A DNA stretch of 58,641 bases, filler included, from Basidioascus undulatus (taxonomy: Eukaryota), in the NCBI GenBank assembly GCA_000826855.1. It is 3 parts of 3 records of this genome, joined end to end, with 100 filler letters (N's around TTAATTAATTAA, not from the genome) between each part and the next. Parts side by side here need not be neighbours in the genome. Positions count along the whole stretch, not along the records: positions 19,586 to 39,067 come from JTLS01000416.1; 2 more parts are not named here. One strand, 5' to 3'. The position numbers and the translations under genes are program-made. The notes under the pieces are model-generated. The model saw only the letters and a list, made by a program, of their open reading frames with translations. It did not search any database and was not told where the DNA came from. Of this stretch, positions 22,544-35,149 are shown one piece after another; the first letter of the stretch is position 1, and every line of letters starts with the position of its first letter.

Positions 22544-25500
22544 ATGGATGATGCCCCCGCCGCCGAGAGCCTCGTCGGCGCCGTCGAGGCCGCGCTCGAG
22601 GACCTTGACCTCGCTGTCAACGAGACGGGGCTCCTCCTCCTTACGCGCCGCGCGTGGCCTACCGCGTTCGTCCAGGCTAGCAAGCTCGACCGACTTGTGG
22701 GGGCTGTCCTTCGCTGGGTATTCGACGAGGTGCGCATCCCTTTCATCCCCGTTCCTCCCATTGCTCCAAATCACACCTCTCATCTCTTCTCTCCTTCCAG
22801 GACGATAAGCTCCACACCATTGCGCAGCGTTACATCACGCAGCTCCGCCCGGGCCACTCGCCGCTCACCTCCCCTAATCCTCAGCAGCCCAACAGCAGCG
22901 CCGGCGGCGGCGGGGGCGACCAGTACGTTGCTTCTCGCCGCAGGCTGGTCGAACACTACGTCCGCCCGTGGCTCGCAGCCGTGCACGACGCAGAGGCGGA
23001 CGTGTTCGGGGAGCTCGTGTTCGCTGTCGCGGCGGAGCGTGCGCTGGAGAAAGATGGGGAGAAGGGGCGGGCAGAGCACGCGGAGGATGCGGGGGAGATG
23101 GGGCTGGTGAGTTGCCTATGGGGACCAAGAATGAACAGGTCACTGATCTCCGGGCGAGTGGGCGTGGCAGGAGAGGAAGGTCAATCTGGCGGATGGGATG
23201 CTCAGGAATATCATCAAGCTCGTACAGGCTGAGCTGGTTTTCTCGTCGTGCGTGATTTTCCATTTCTCTTAGATGCTCGGCCCGTAAGTCTGACAGACGA
23301 TCTGCGCACATTCAGTTTCGACGCCATCCTCTGCTCCTGGCTGGACGAGATGCTCGCGCTGGCTAGTGCAGGCCAGGTACGAGCGTATTCGCTCTTTTCA
23401 TTTCGGAACTTGCCCACTGAGGCTCTTTGCAGAACATCACCTTCCGCTCGCTTCCCCGCCTGTTCAATGGCCGCGAGGGCGGCGGGAGCTATGCGAACCG
23501 TTCGATCGCCTACGCGTTCGCCGAGGACCCGGACACGCACGCAGACCTTCTCCTTGAGCACTCACTCGACCCTTGTATGTCTCACGCAACCGTCTTAACC
23601 CGGCGTATTTCTCACAGATGGCCATTCCTGACCAGGGCGCGTCATTCTCGAGACGTCCGCGCTCGACGCCCTAAGCCTGCAGCGTGGCCTTCGCTGGCTG
23701 CGGCTCCTAGCACAGTCGGGCGTCGCCATCGCGTCCGCGACCCTCAGTCAGCTGGCCGAGCTCGTGCTCGCGTTCGCCCCGCCGTTCGAGACCGTGCTCG
23801 ACCTTGTTCAGTCCGGGTTCTTCGCCGCGTGGCTCCGCCCGATGGGCAAGCGTGAGCTCGTCAGCCTCGTTGCGGAGGCGTACAAGAGCCAGCTCGACGT
23901 CGTGCAATTTGAGCTGGTCGAGGGGAGGGACTTGGAGGTGGTGTGAGTGAGCCCGGGCGGAGGCCTACAAAACGCAAGTCGCTCATGCTGGATGGGCTTC
24001 TTAGGTTCAAGTTCGTGCAACGATGCCTTGGCACGATCTTGCTCGTATGCGGGTGTCCTGCCGAGGAGCTCTTGGTCATGGGCTTCGCGACGGAAGCGGA
24101 GGTGGCGTCAGTGCAGAAGGGGTACGGCCCCATTTCTTCTCAAGCACTGTAAAGTGTCTCAGCCCCCCCATATCCACAGCCGCAAGGTCTCTCGAACGTC
24201 CATCGCGCCCACGCCGATCGAGATTGACGGCGACCTGATCTCCCTTCTCGCGCTCCAAACGGAGATGCCTTCTCCTGCGCTCCGGGCTCTCATCGGCAGC
24301 TTCTTTCGCGCGCTCTTCGTTTCGTCCAGCTTCGTCAACTTGCCCGACCAGCTCATCGCACGAAACTCGGACGCGCTCATGGCGGCGTAAGCTTCTTGGT
24401 TGGTTTATATAGGTGGGCGATTTGTTGATCCATGTCACTTTCAGTGTCTGGCACCTGTTCGAGTCCGAGGCTGCCTTCACGCCGGCTCGTGCACAGCTCT
24501 TTACTCGCGTTCTCCCAGTCGACCCTCAGGCGCTCAAGCGCCTTCTCGACGGCATCTGGACCTCCAGAGACTGGCAGCTCCGGTACGCCCTATCGACTCT
24601 AACATTCCTGCTGTTTCTGACACTGATGGATCCCCGAACTCGCAACAGCCACGCAGCAGTCCAGCGCCTTTTCGACATCATCGGCGAGCTGAAGGATCCG
24701 GAGCTGCTCAACGTCGAGGTCGACTGGCGACCGCATATCGCTCCGGCAGTATACCGCTTTTTCGGCGCGTGCCGTGACGACCGGGTACGCCTTGTGCCCG
24801 GTCTCAACCTGCGTCTTGCAAGCTAACAGTTTCCCGCACTCCACCAACAGGAAGAGGTCCGGCAGCTCGCAGATGTTCTCGTTCGCGCGCTGCTGCCTGC
24901 TCACGTGACCCTGCTGTCGAGCTGTTTTGAAGCTCAGCACGAGCAGGCGACGATCGACGAGCGCCTGGAACTCTGCTCGTTCATCACTCAAGTGCAGCCG
25001 CTGCTGCCCGAGTGGCAAGGTATGCCTGTCGCGTGCGCATTCTTGGGCGACAGAGCTGACCCTGAGCAACGCGGCAGTCTTGAGCTGGGTCACGCTCCTG
25101 GACGCTCTTTTTGAGATGCAGTACGAGCTCAACAACGACGGTGCATCAGCTGTCGGTAAAGCTTTGGTGCGTCTCAGGCATCGGTCTCGATAACCCGCTC
25201 TGACGTCTTCTTGAACATAAGTTGAACCCAGACACAAGCGTCAAAACATCGCCGTCTGAGCGTGACCCGAAGATCGAGCAGCTTTGGGTGAGCATATTTG
25301 AGGATGTTGCCCCTTTGCGAAGTTGTCTGACTGTGTATCCCGTACAACAGCTACACCTCATCTCGATTACCTTGCAGCAAGTCTCAGCCGGACATCCAGT
25401 AGATTTGGTCACGCTCTTGAAGCTGAAGTATCACCGTCAGTTCGTTCCGGACCACATCTCCAAGAACGATGCTGACTTTTGCATCAGTCGCTTGCGTCTA

Positions 25501-28244
25501 TTTCGACGCCGTCCAGATGCGACCGTCGTCAGAGGGCGCCGCGCTGCACATCAAGTTCGAGCAACCCTCCGCGCCATCGGACCTCGCGCTCGGCTGCCTC
25601 GTCGCGCTCAAGCAGGTTCTCGACTGCTCGTCGCACATCGAGCTCTCCGCCGCTGCCTTCGGCGGCTACGATGCAGAGGCGGCGGTAGCGTCGCGGCATC
25701 TGACAGGCGCGGTGTTCGTCGACCTCGTCTTCGGCATCGTCCCCGCGCTCGACCTCGCGGCGCTCCCGTACCTCGTCTGCCGTAACTGGCTCGAGGCCGT
25801 CCTGGTGATCGTATATAAGGCAAGTCTATCTACGCGACACTCGCATCATTTTCGGGATGCTGACGACCGCGAGAGTCCGGCAGCATGACTTGCAAAGCCC
25901 GATTTTCCGACGCCGCGCCTTGCAAGACGGTCTCGTCAAGACTCTCTCGAAGGTCGCCGATCTCGTCCTCGCGAACTCCATCAGCGTCGAGAATCGTCAA
26001 TTAGCCATCACCATTTCGACGACCTTCCTCACTCGCGTCCCGGACCTGGCTCCAAGCGTCCTGAGGTACGCTTGACTGCATTCAAAGTCGGGCGTGAGCT
26101 TGCGGCTAAATGTGCTGATCCCTTGCCACCGAATGACAGCCGGCAAGTGCTCACACTGTCCCAGCTCGTCTCGCAGCTTCAAGACGACCCGGAAGGTCAT
26201 CTCTGTCAGCAAGCTATAGCATTCCTGCAGTCTGCATTTGCGAGGTAAGCTGAACGTAGCCTCAAAGTGCCACAGCAAGAGAGGCTTACATTTCAACCGC
26301 AGGTTCGCCCTACGCGGCGTCTTTGTCCTCCTCTTCAAGGTTAATTGGTGATGTTACAACGCTTCAACTCACTTGTTAGCTCACAAGTACGGACCTTCCC
26401 AGGGATCTCCCGATCCGCGGGCCTCGGATTCAGCTTTCGACATCTCGGTCGTCCTCGAGCGCGTTCTGGTGTCGAAGGAGCGACAAACGGACGAGGGAGT
26501 CCAGCTTCTTCATGCGATGGTCGTCCAAGACGTCCTGCACCACATCCACCGCGAGACGCACGCCAAGGGCACTTTTTCGCATATCCTGCGCAGTCTCCGA
26601 CACTACATCGAGCGCGTCTATCCTCGCGGTTGGTCGAATTCGCTGCAGAAAGGTGCGTCTTTCTCCTCATCGTCCACTTACGGAGCGGAAGCTGACATTA
26701 GCCCTTTCACCAGAGCTGGCATCCTGGTGCGAGCACGTCGCGCGGTCGCTAGGATACGGCTTCGCAGGCGAGGTCGATGCAGACCCACTACTGTCGATTT
26801 GCGCGACGGTTGTGGAGAATCATCGCGGCGAAGGCTCGAAGGTCGGTCCGACGGTGGGGTAAGTCTTACGCTCTATGACTGACACGATTCTGGTAGGCCG
26901 TTCTGCACAGCGTCGAAGCGCTCTTGCGTTCATCGCTCGTACACGCCAATGTTTCGGCTTCGATGCTCATGCGCGTCCTCCGCCTCTACCTTACCGCTTC
27001 AGCTCAGCACGCACCGGATGCCGACAGCCCGTTCGCGCTGGCCGTCATCGAGACGCTGAGTGACGCGCTGCGCGGGCGGACCGCCGTACAGCCGAAAACG
27101 TTGCAAGCCATGCTCGAGGTGGGTTGCTTTCTTCGACTCGCGGTCTCTTCTTATTTCTTACATATGCGACACTCAGGTCTATGCTTCCGGCACCGGCTCG
27201 TCCAAGTACCGCGCTCTCGAATGCATCGACTTCTTGCGAGGCAACGAGCGCGCCGACAGCCGGTACCTCGCGGCCGGCTTCGACACCTTCGTTGCAGCTG
27301 CCAAGCTCTTTCTCGACTCTGCCGAGTCCGAACCGGCTCTCCTGCAAGATTACTTCTTTCAAGCCCGCCAAGTAAGCACGTTCGCGCTGTTTTGATAAAC
27401 AAACCTCCGCTCACAAATCTTTCCCCAGCCGCCTTCTCAGACCACGCCCAGCCCCTTATCGAATGTCCGGCTCCTCAACTGGCTGCACCTCGGCGCACTC
27501 TACGTTTCGTCCTCCCGCCCGTCCCGCACGCTCCTCCAGCACGCCGAGCGCGCCTCCGCCGTCCTCGGCCTGTCCCTGCGCTTCTCCTCGGCCTTCCTCA
27601 AGGACGAGCACGCCGCGGCGCGCATCGCCGAGAGCGTCAATCAGGCGCTGGCGCTCGTCAAGCTCGCCCTGCTCGTATACCGCCGTGCGGCACTGCCGGG
27701 CGAGGGGCTCGAGGGCGTCGTGCACGACGGGGCTGCTGCTAAGGACGAGGAGACGCTCGCGGGCGAGCAATTCTGGAACGGCTTTTGGCCGCCTTTCAGG
27801 GTGCTGCTCGTCGAGTCGGTCGACGCTGATGGGAACCTTCCGGTGCGTTGAGCATGTCGGCCAATTGCTAACCGTTCTCATGCTGACATATTTGCTTTTG
27901 CAGCCACTGGCGTCGTCTATTTGGCTGTGCTTCGCTGACGTCGTTCTCTTCCTTCACGCTTTGCGCTCGCCGCTCGTCAATTCGCAGGCGACCGAGCTCG
28001 TCAACTGTCTGCAAATGCTTCGCGTCTTCTCCAAAAGCGAAGGCACCACGAAGGTTCGTTTATTCGCCATCCGCCGCCTTCCGTTCCGTACGAGCGATGC
28101 TGACTTCGGGCCTGGTTCGCGCAGTTCCACCGCGCTTTGCAGTGCTTCTCCGAACCGCCACCGAGCGTATCGACCGAGACGCTCCTCGCCCAAGCCAAGA
28201 CTGATCTTCAAGCGGCGATCAAGCTCCGGCAGCTGCGCGGCTGA
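22544..28244 (+). CDS. large multi-exon alpha-solenoid protein, putative UNC79-like
   Basis: MDDAPAAES start, about 20 spliceable introns, stop TGA 28242-28244; helical Leu-rich sequence; WQLRY and C..Q...LSW motifs (see findings). Confidence applies to the gene; the product name is tentative. Confidence 0.75.
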
Positions 28245-28453
28245 TGAGCTTCTTTGCCACCCTCTCCGCCCTCTCCAGCCTCCCCACCCCACCCGTCCCG
28301 GTGTCTATTGTCGCTCGCTTGTTCTGCTTTGCTCTCGCATTTTGCTCGCATGATACCCGCTGGAATGATACAACATGTTGTGATCTTTCGTTATGCAATG
28401 GTCGTACAGCTCGTGTGGATGCAAAGTGGGAAGGGGACGTCGGTGTTTCGTCT

Positions 28454-29117
28454 CTACTGACCGCCCGGCGGAGCAGGAGCGGCTTTCTTGGCCTCGTTCC
28501 CTTCAGCGCTCGGGCTCGCAGCCCGTTTCGTCCCCTTCGCAGCGTTCCCGTTACTCCGCACTGCATCTTGGATGATGTCTCCCTCGGTGAACGCCGCCCT
28601 GGTAACCCCATTCCTTGTCAGCCGGCACTCTTCTCGTTGAGCACGGGCTGGACAACGCACCGAGCCCGCTTGATGTCCTCCTGCATATACAACAGCTCCT
28701 CCACACGCGCAAGCTTCTTGGGGTCGTTCCGCAGGACGAACTTCAGGTCCTCGACCTTGATCTTCCCTCGGTTGGTCGAGACGCGGTGAGCGCGAGTGCA
28801 CTGCGGAAAGCCGGCAAGGCACTCAGCGGCAAAGACGGAACGAAGGATGGGGAACGGACGGGGACGCACGACGTCAGAAATGTAGTCTATCAAGATCTCC
28901 TCCATCACCGCAACGCTGTCCGGATCCGGGTTGGGATCGTCCCCGAAGGAGGTCATGAGCATGCGCACTACCCATCCGCCCGTGAGTTCCACGCCGTGCG
29001 ATGTGAGGACGCAAGGTACGCACAGTCCTTAACGAACTGTCCGCGCATGTTGGTGCGCCGCTTGGCGCGCGGCGGCTCAGCAGCGGGCGCATTGGATGTA
29101 GACGCGTTGGCGGACAT
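28454..29117 (-). CDS. TAF13: TFIID subunit 13 (histone fold)
   Basis: RGQFVKD|.RMLMTSFGDDPNPDPDSVAVMEEILIDYI...RGKIKVEDLKFVLRNDPKKLARVEELLYMQEDIKRAR. Confidence 0.92.
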
Positions 29118-29430
29118 GGCGACGTTGTGGCGGTTGATCGTCAAGTCGCAGTCGCCGTGAGGGGAGCGCGTTTGCATCCGGCAGGCCCGCTCAGCCGTCT
29201 TCTGCGCCCAAGTCCCTTGTCCTCTTCTCTTCGCACCTTGACCTCTTACCGCTACCGTCCAATTTCTTGAGAAAAACCAACGTGCTTATCGAGTGCTCAC
29301 ATATCGAACTTTGCCTCCTCTCGCTCATTTCACTGAGAGCCTCCGAAATGTAGAACTGTCGATCGAGTGCAGCTGGTTCGCTCACTTACCACTTCGCTCA
29401 CTTTCCCTCCCTCCATCACCACCCAACATC

Positions 29431-29980
29431 ATGTCTATGATTGCGGAGCAAGTTTCTCCAGCGCCTCCATTGCAGGAACACAGCGCTGCCGCGCCGAGGG
29501 CGTTCTTCCCGCCCTTCCCCGCCGTCCCACCCGGCCGCACTCTCATCCCCTTCCGAGTCCCACCCCCGGAGTCTGCTGGTCCCCGTGACGTCCGAGGGCG
29601 ACATCGACGACGAAGAGGAGGAGGTTGATGGCTGGGACGTGCCGACCGTCACACTCGGCGTCAAGCATGTGCTCGACAAGAGCAAGGTGAAGCCCAAGAA
29701 GAAGAAGAAGCGGGCGATGGAGGACCTGCAGAGAAGCCCTGACACGGTACCTTACGACCTGTGCGTGTCCACGCTGCAATATTTGACTGAATGGATGAGA
29801 CTTACTTCCAATTGGCACAGCATCAAGTTGCCGTACGAACGCCTCGGCCGCGCCGTGACCGACTTCCGCAACGAGCACGAACTCGACCAGACGCTTCACA
29901 TCCTCTTCAACCTTGTGCGCATATCAGATGACTTCCCGTGTTTTGCTTGTCCTAATCACACACTCTCGGCCATGCACAGT
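29431..29980 (+). pseudogene. conserved basidiomycete hypothetical protein, frameshifted/short
   Basis: FFPPFPAVPPGRTLIPF and EVDGWDVPTVTLGVKH belong to one recalled motif series but lie in different frames (shift near 29552, no intron); 3' boundary approximate. Confidence 0.45.
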
Positions 29981-30582
29981 TCCTCTCTGCGAGAGGATGG
30001 AAAATAGGGAGGGGTCGTCTGCGCTGGGACGCTTTCTTGGTACTGCTTGGGACTGTTACTTGCTTGGGACTGTCGCTTGCTGGGCCCTCTTGTCGCACTT
30101 CTGTCACCTTGCCTTGTTCCTTGTCGAGCGATCTTGATCGTTGTCTCCCTTTCCTGGCTGTTGCGTCGCTTTTGGTGCATATCGCTCGGCGCAGATGAAG
30201 ATGCAGTTATCTCGCACACGAACAGAACGATCTTCGTCCTGCAGGCTTTCGGCCCAGCCTCACATTGTATTGGAATTACGCGGCGCTGTGCTGCTCGCAT
30301 CTCGGGAAGAACAAACTCAGTCGTTCCCTCCGACAAGTGTAGAAACACTATAGAAAGCGCATTCAAATATAGCGAACAAGCACAGGCTTGCCAGTGTTTG
30401 TACCCGTGCGCTCATCCCGCAAACTTCACTCAGTCGGAAGCGTCACGAGAAATGCATATTAATGGCCAAGGTATAAGTATGCAGAGTGGATGCAAGAAAG
30501 GCAAACAAGGAACGACACGAGTGAAAGTCAACAAATGCGATGCGAGCGGAGACTAAGAAAAGGGAAGAAACAAGCGATTCAA

Positions 30583-33500
30583 TCAAACCCTCGACATCTC
30601 TACTGGAACCGCAGAGTATCCGTCGCCCTCCTTCTTCCTCGACCACCCCTCGAACAAGCGTCCCAGCGCGGCCTGTGCGCCCGCGAAAGGCGTCGGCTTC
30701 GCATCACCCACGTCTGCCAAGCCCGGGCGCTTCCACCGCTTGAGCGTCAGACTGCTGGCGACGACGCTGACGCTCGAGAATGCCATCGCGGCGCCGGCCA
30801 TCATCGGGTGGAGGTGGAAGCCCCACGGGAGGAGCACGCCCATCGCGAGCGGGATTCCGACGACGTTGTAGATCGTCGCCCAGATGAAGTTGAGCTTGAT
30901 CTTGCGCATAATAGCGCGGCTGAGGTCGAGCGCAGCGACGACATCTTGCAGCTCCGGCCGCGTGAGGACGATGTCCGCCGCCTCGATGGCGATGGACGTG
31001 CCGGACGCGAGCGCGATGCCGACGGACGCGGCGGCAAGTGCGGGCGAGTCGTTGACACCGTCGCCGACCTGGAGAAAAAGTACAAACATGAGCAAAGAAG
31101 CGGATGCGAGATTATGATAGGGGTCCGACGTACCATAGCGACTCCGCCGCCAGCCTGCATCATCCCCTTGACCCTCTCCCTCTTCCCCTTCGGACTCACG
31201 CCCGCCCATACGCGCTCCTTCGCAACGCCCGCCTCCTTCGCTATCGCCAGCGCCGTGGGCATCTGGTCGCCCGTCATGAGGTACGATTGAACGCGCATCG
31301 CCTGCAGCGCCTGCACCGTCGCGCGCGCGGAGGGCTTGACGGCATCGGCGAGCGCGAGCGCGAGGACGGGCTGGGACTGCACGGCGAGGACAATGACGGA
31401 GCGGCCGAGGGCGGCCTGTGCCGAACCGAACGAGGAGAGGGGATCCGGCATGCCGTGCGGGGCGGCGAACGCCGGACTGCCGATGAAAATGTCGAACAGC
31501 TCCGGCGTGAGCGCCGCGCCGCGCTGCAGGGCGAGACGCGCGCGGACGCCCAGCCCCGTCACGGCCTCAAAGTCCTGCGTGACAGCACCGGACACAGAGA
31601 AGTCGTCGATGCCGAGCTCGGCCATGGCGTACGCGGCGAGCGCCTGTGCGAACGGGTGCTCGCTCCTCGCTTCGGTCGCGCCGGCGAGCTTGAGAAGCTC
31701 TTGCGGGCTGAGGCCCTGCGGAACCGACGCAGGGTCGACGGACGCCGACGCGACGATGCTCATCTTGCCGAAAGTGATCGTGCCCGTCTTGTCCCAGACG
31801 ACGCGGTTGACCTTGCTTGCCTCCTCGAGCGCGCCGCCGCCCTTGATGAGGATCCCGTTCTGCGCGCCGACGCCCGTGCCGACCATGACGGCCGTGGGGG
31901 TGCTGAGGCCTAGCGCACACGGGCACGCGACAACGACGACGCTGATGCAGAGCTTGAGGCAGACAGCGAAGTTGTTCGCGCCGGGCTCGTGGAAGATGTG
32001 GGGGAGTGCGTCGTGCGGGAGGATGAGGCAGGACAGGACGAGCCAGCCGAAGAAGGTGAGCAAGCCGAGCGAGATGACAGTCGGGACGAAGTAGCCGGCG
32101 ACGGTGTCGGCGAACGCCTGGATCGGCGCCTTGGACGTCTGCGCGTCCTCGACGAGCTTGACGATCTGCGCGAGCGCGGTGTCGGAGCCCGAGCGCGAGA
32201 CGAGCATGTCGAACGTGCCCGATCCGTTGACAGTCCCGCCCGTCACGCTGTCGCCCTCGCGCTTCGCGACGGGGAGCGCCTCGCCAGTGACCATGCTCTC
32301 GTCGATGGTGGACGTCCCATAGATGACAGTCCCGTCCGCGGGGATCCGGTCGCCCGGAACGATCTTGACATAGTCGCCCTTCTGCACGAGCTCGGTCGGG
32401 ACGCGCTTCTCGCTCTGCGCGCGGGCCGGAGCGGCGCCGCTGCCGTCGAAAACGTGTTTCGTGGGGGAAGGGGGGGAATAGTTGACGTAGATGATGGCGG
32501 TAGAGGGAGTGAGCTGGAGGAGGCCGGAGAGCGCCGTGCTGGTCTTGCCCTTGGCGAGGTTCTCAAGGTAGCGGCCGAAGGAGACGAAGGTGATGAGCAT
32601 GGTGGAGGTGTCGAAGAAGGTTTGGGGAGGGATTCCGTCCTCGGGGAAGGGCAGGACCACGGCGAAAAGCATCGCGCAGACGCTGTAGACGAACGCCGCA
32701 GTGGTGCCGAGGACGACGAGGACGTCCATCGTCGCGACGCCGTGCTTGACGCTCTTCCACGCGGTCCTGTAGAACCGCCGCCCGACGCCGAACTGGACCG
32801 GCGCCGTCAAGGTGAGACACGCGAGGTCGCCGAGCGTGAGGCCACGGAAGAGGCAGAACATGACGAGCGGGCGCGTGGGCGGGATCATGCCGAGGATCAT
32901 GCTGATAACGAAGACGGGCACAGCGAAGAGGAGCGACCTCCGGAACGCCGCGCGCCACTCCGCAATCTCGCGCGAGCGGCTCAGCGACGCAAGCTGCGAC
33001 GTGTTGCGGTCGTCGCAAAGAACGCAGTCGAAGCCGCACGCCTCGACGGCCTCGACGATATCGCGCGCGCCGACAGCATCCGGGTCGAACTCGACCTTCG
33101 CGCACTCCAGCGACAGCGAAACGGACGCGGAGAGGACGCCTGGGGTCGAGGTGAGAGCGTTCGTGACAGAGGAGGTGCAGGACGCGCAGGTCATGCCGAG
33201 GATGGTGAGGTCGAGCGTGGAAGACGTGGTAGGTGGGAGAACGGAAGCTTCGAAGCCAATGTCGCAGATTTCCTGCAGCATCTCAGAAAATGAGCATAAT
33301 TTCGGTATTGCGTGAAGGGAGATCGTGCGTACCTCGGCGATACGCTCCGGCGTCCACAAGTCGGGGTCATACTCGACGACTGCCCGTTCCGCCAGGAGAG
33401 CGACCCTCGCGGAGAGAAGGCCTGGTTGATTCCGCAGAATGCTCTCTATCGACTGTGGAGAGATGGGACGTGTCAGAGAGTCGGAGAGAAACGCGAAGGG

Positions 33501-33826
33501 TAGAAAGTCGGAGAGAAACGCGAAGGGTAGAGTGCCACCCCATCCAATGAATTGACCGGTGCGCGGGCCGCGCCTGAAAGCGCGTGGCCAACGGCGAGCA
33601 GGCTCGTCGCAACAGCAACGAAATGAAAGCTCAGTAGACTTACCTCTACGCATGCACCGCAGGTCATTCCCTCGACCTTCAACTGCGCGATCTCCTTCTT
33701 CTCCTCCGTTTCGCCCTCTCCCTTCCCCTCGTCCACCAAGTGCTCCGCCTCAGCCTCAGAAAGCGCGTCTGCCTGCAGACGCGGCGAGCGCATTGCCGAC
33801 CCGAGAAATGAGAGGGATCCCGCCAT
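30583..33826 (-). CDS. CCC2: copper-transporting P1B-type ATPase
   Basis: Two metal-binding motifs (GMTCGAC, GMTCASC), [35 protein letters not shown] and MAFSS copper-site motifs. Confidence 0.96.
33479..33531. repeat. 27-bp tandem duplication inside CCC2 intron 1
   Basis: AGTCGGAGAGAAACGCGAAGGGTAGA(A) x2. Confidence 0.9.
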
Positions 33827-35149
33827 GCTGATGTGGTGGCGATAGGGGTATAGGGCTGAGGCGAACGCGCAGGTGAGGTGTTATATACGCGAACCGAAAC
33901 GGATGCGGGAGGACGGTGGGCTGAAGGGGAGCCGACCCGGTGGCTGCTGCTGGCTGCTGGAGGGGGAGGCTCGGCCACACCCCGATGGATTCGGCGTTGG
34001 CGCTGTAAATATGTATGAGGAAAGAATCAGGGAGAGTAAAGTGCCGCAGAGGCGATGGGAGTGTAGTTTCAAGAAAGAGGAACGGAGGCACAAGAGACCG
34101 TGAAATGATCCGGCCGAGTGAGGTGCTGACACAATCAGATTACGCGATCTGACAGAAACGCGCTATAAACGCCAAACCAGCTGTTGCCAGCCCCCATATA
34201 TGCGTTTCTGGCATTCCCCAATTGCGGTTGATAGCGCGAACGACGAGGTATTCAGCGCTAATTGACCACTAACCATCAGCCAAAAAGCGGACACGTCCTC
34301 TTTCAGCTCCGAGTATAGCTCCAGATCGAAGGAAAAGCGCTCTCACTCTCGTGGACTGTGTGGCGCGGAAAGGACGTCTTCAACATCGGCGCTCGCTCGC
34401 AGCTGCAAACGCATCCCGACTCACCAGGGCTATCTCCGTTAACGTCGTAAGTCTTATTCTAGATGGGCAAGTCCGGGTAGGTGAGGTTCGAAGTGCCACT
34501 CACCGTTCCCCGTCAATCAGGAGCTCGACGAATACCACGCGCAAGGCTCAGATGCGGTTAGTCCATCCGGTTCAGCTCCACATGCCTCATATGTCCCGAG
34601 CAGCACGCTGAATAAACATTCCTCTGTTCCAGGAGAAAGCTCCACGTTTCCCCAGGAAACCAGGTTCGGGCAAGCGCATGCAATGCACTGCAAGTCATTT
34701 TCCGGTCGCCTGTCGTACTGCACGTTTTCTGTGGTGCACCTCGTCTAAGTGTTGTAATCCTCCTGCTCTGAGCCGCCCTTAAACGTACCACTTTCCCTTT
34801 GAGCAGGCTTCTAAATACTAATTTAACCTATTAGGATGGTTCAAACCCCTGAGTTAGTGTCGATGAACAGCACATCCAGCGCCTGCAGTCGTCCTCGGAT
34901 CGTTGGACAGCAGCATCCTGTTGTTCGATTCGGCTGGGCTTCAGTACTTCCGCATCAATAATTTTAAGCTGTATAATTTGCATAAAACCAAAGGTATCCA
35001 TACACGGCACCTGTAGCAGCAACCATGGGACTGTGCCCCGCCCTTTCACTGAAAATTTTCACGTAGCGCCGTTCACTTACCAGAGGGTTGGTGTTATTCC
35101 CACGCACATGCTATTCAGACTCTCACCCTTCTTACATACTTTTCGCCGC

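Noticed and set aside
31104..33315. Long antisense and alternative-frame ORFs over CCC2 (and likewise over LAA1)
   Set aside because: Shadow ORFs expected from very high GC3 codon bias.
341..33826. Apparent clustering of Golgi/trafficking genes (LAA1, RUD3, CCC2, GUP1)
   Set aside because: Interspersed with unrelated genes and split by a scaffold gap; no evidence of a functional cluster.
34480..34850. GGTTCRA T-loop-like motifs (also 45522)
   Set aside because: No T-stem or cloverleaf; no tRNA supported.
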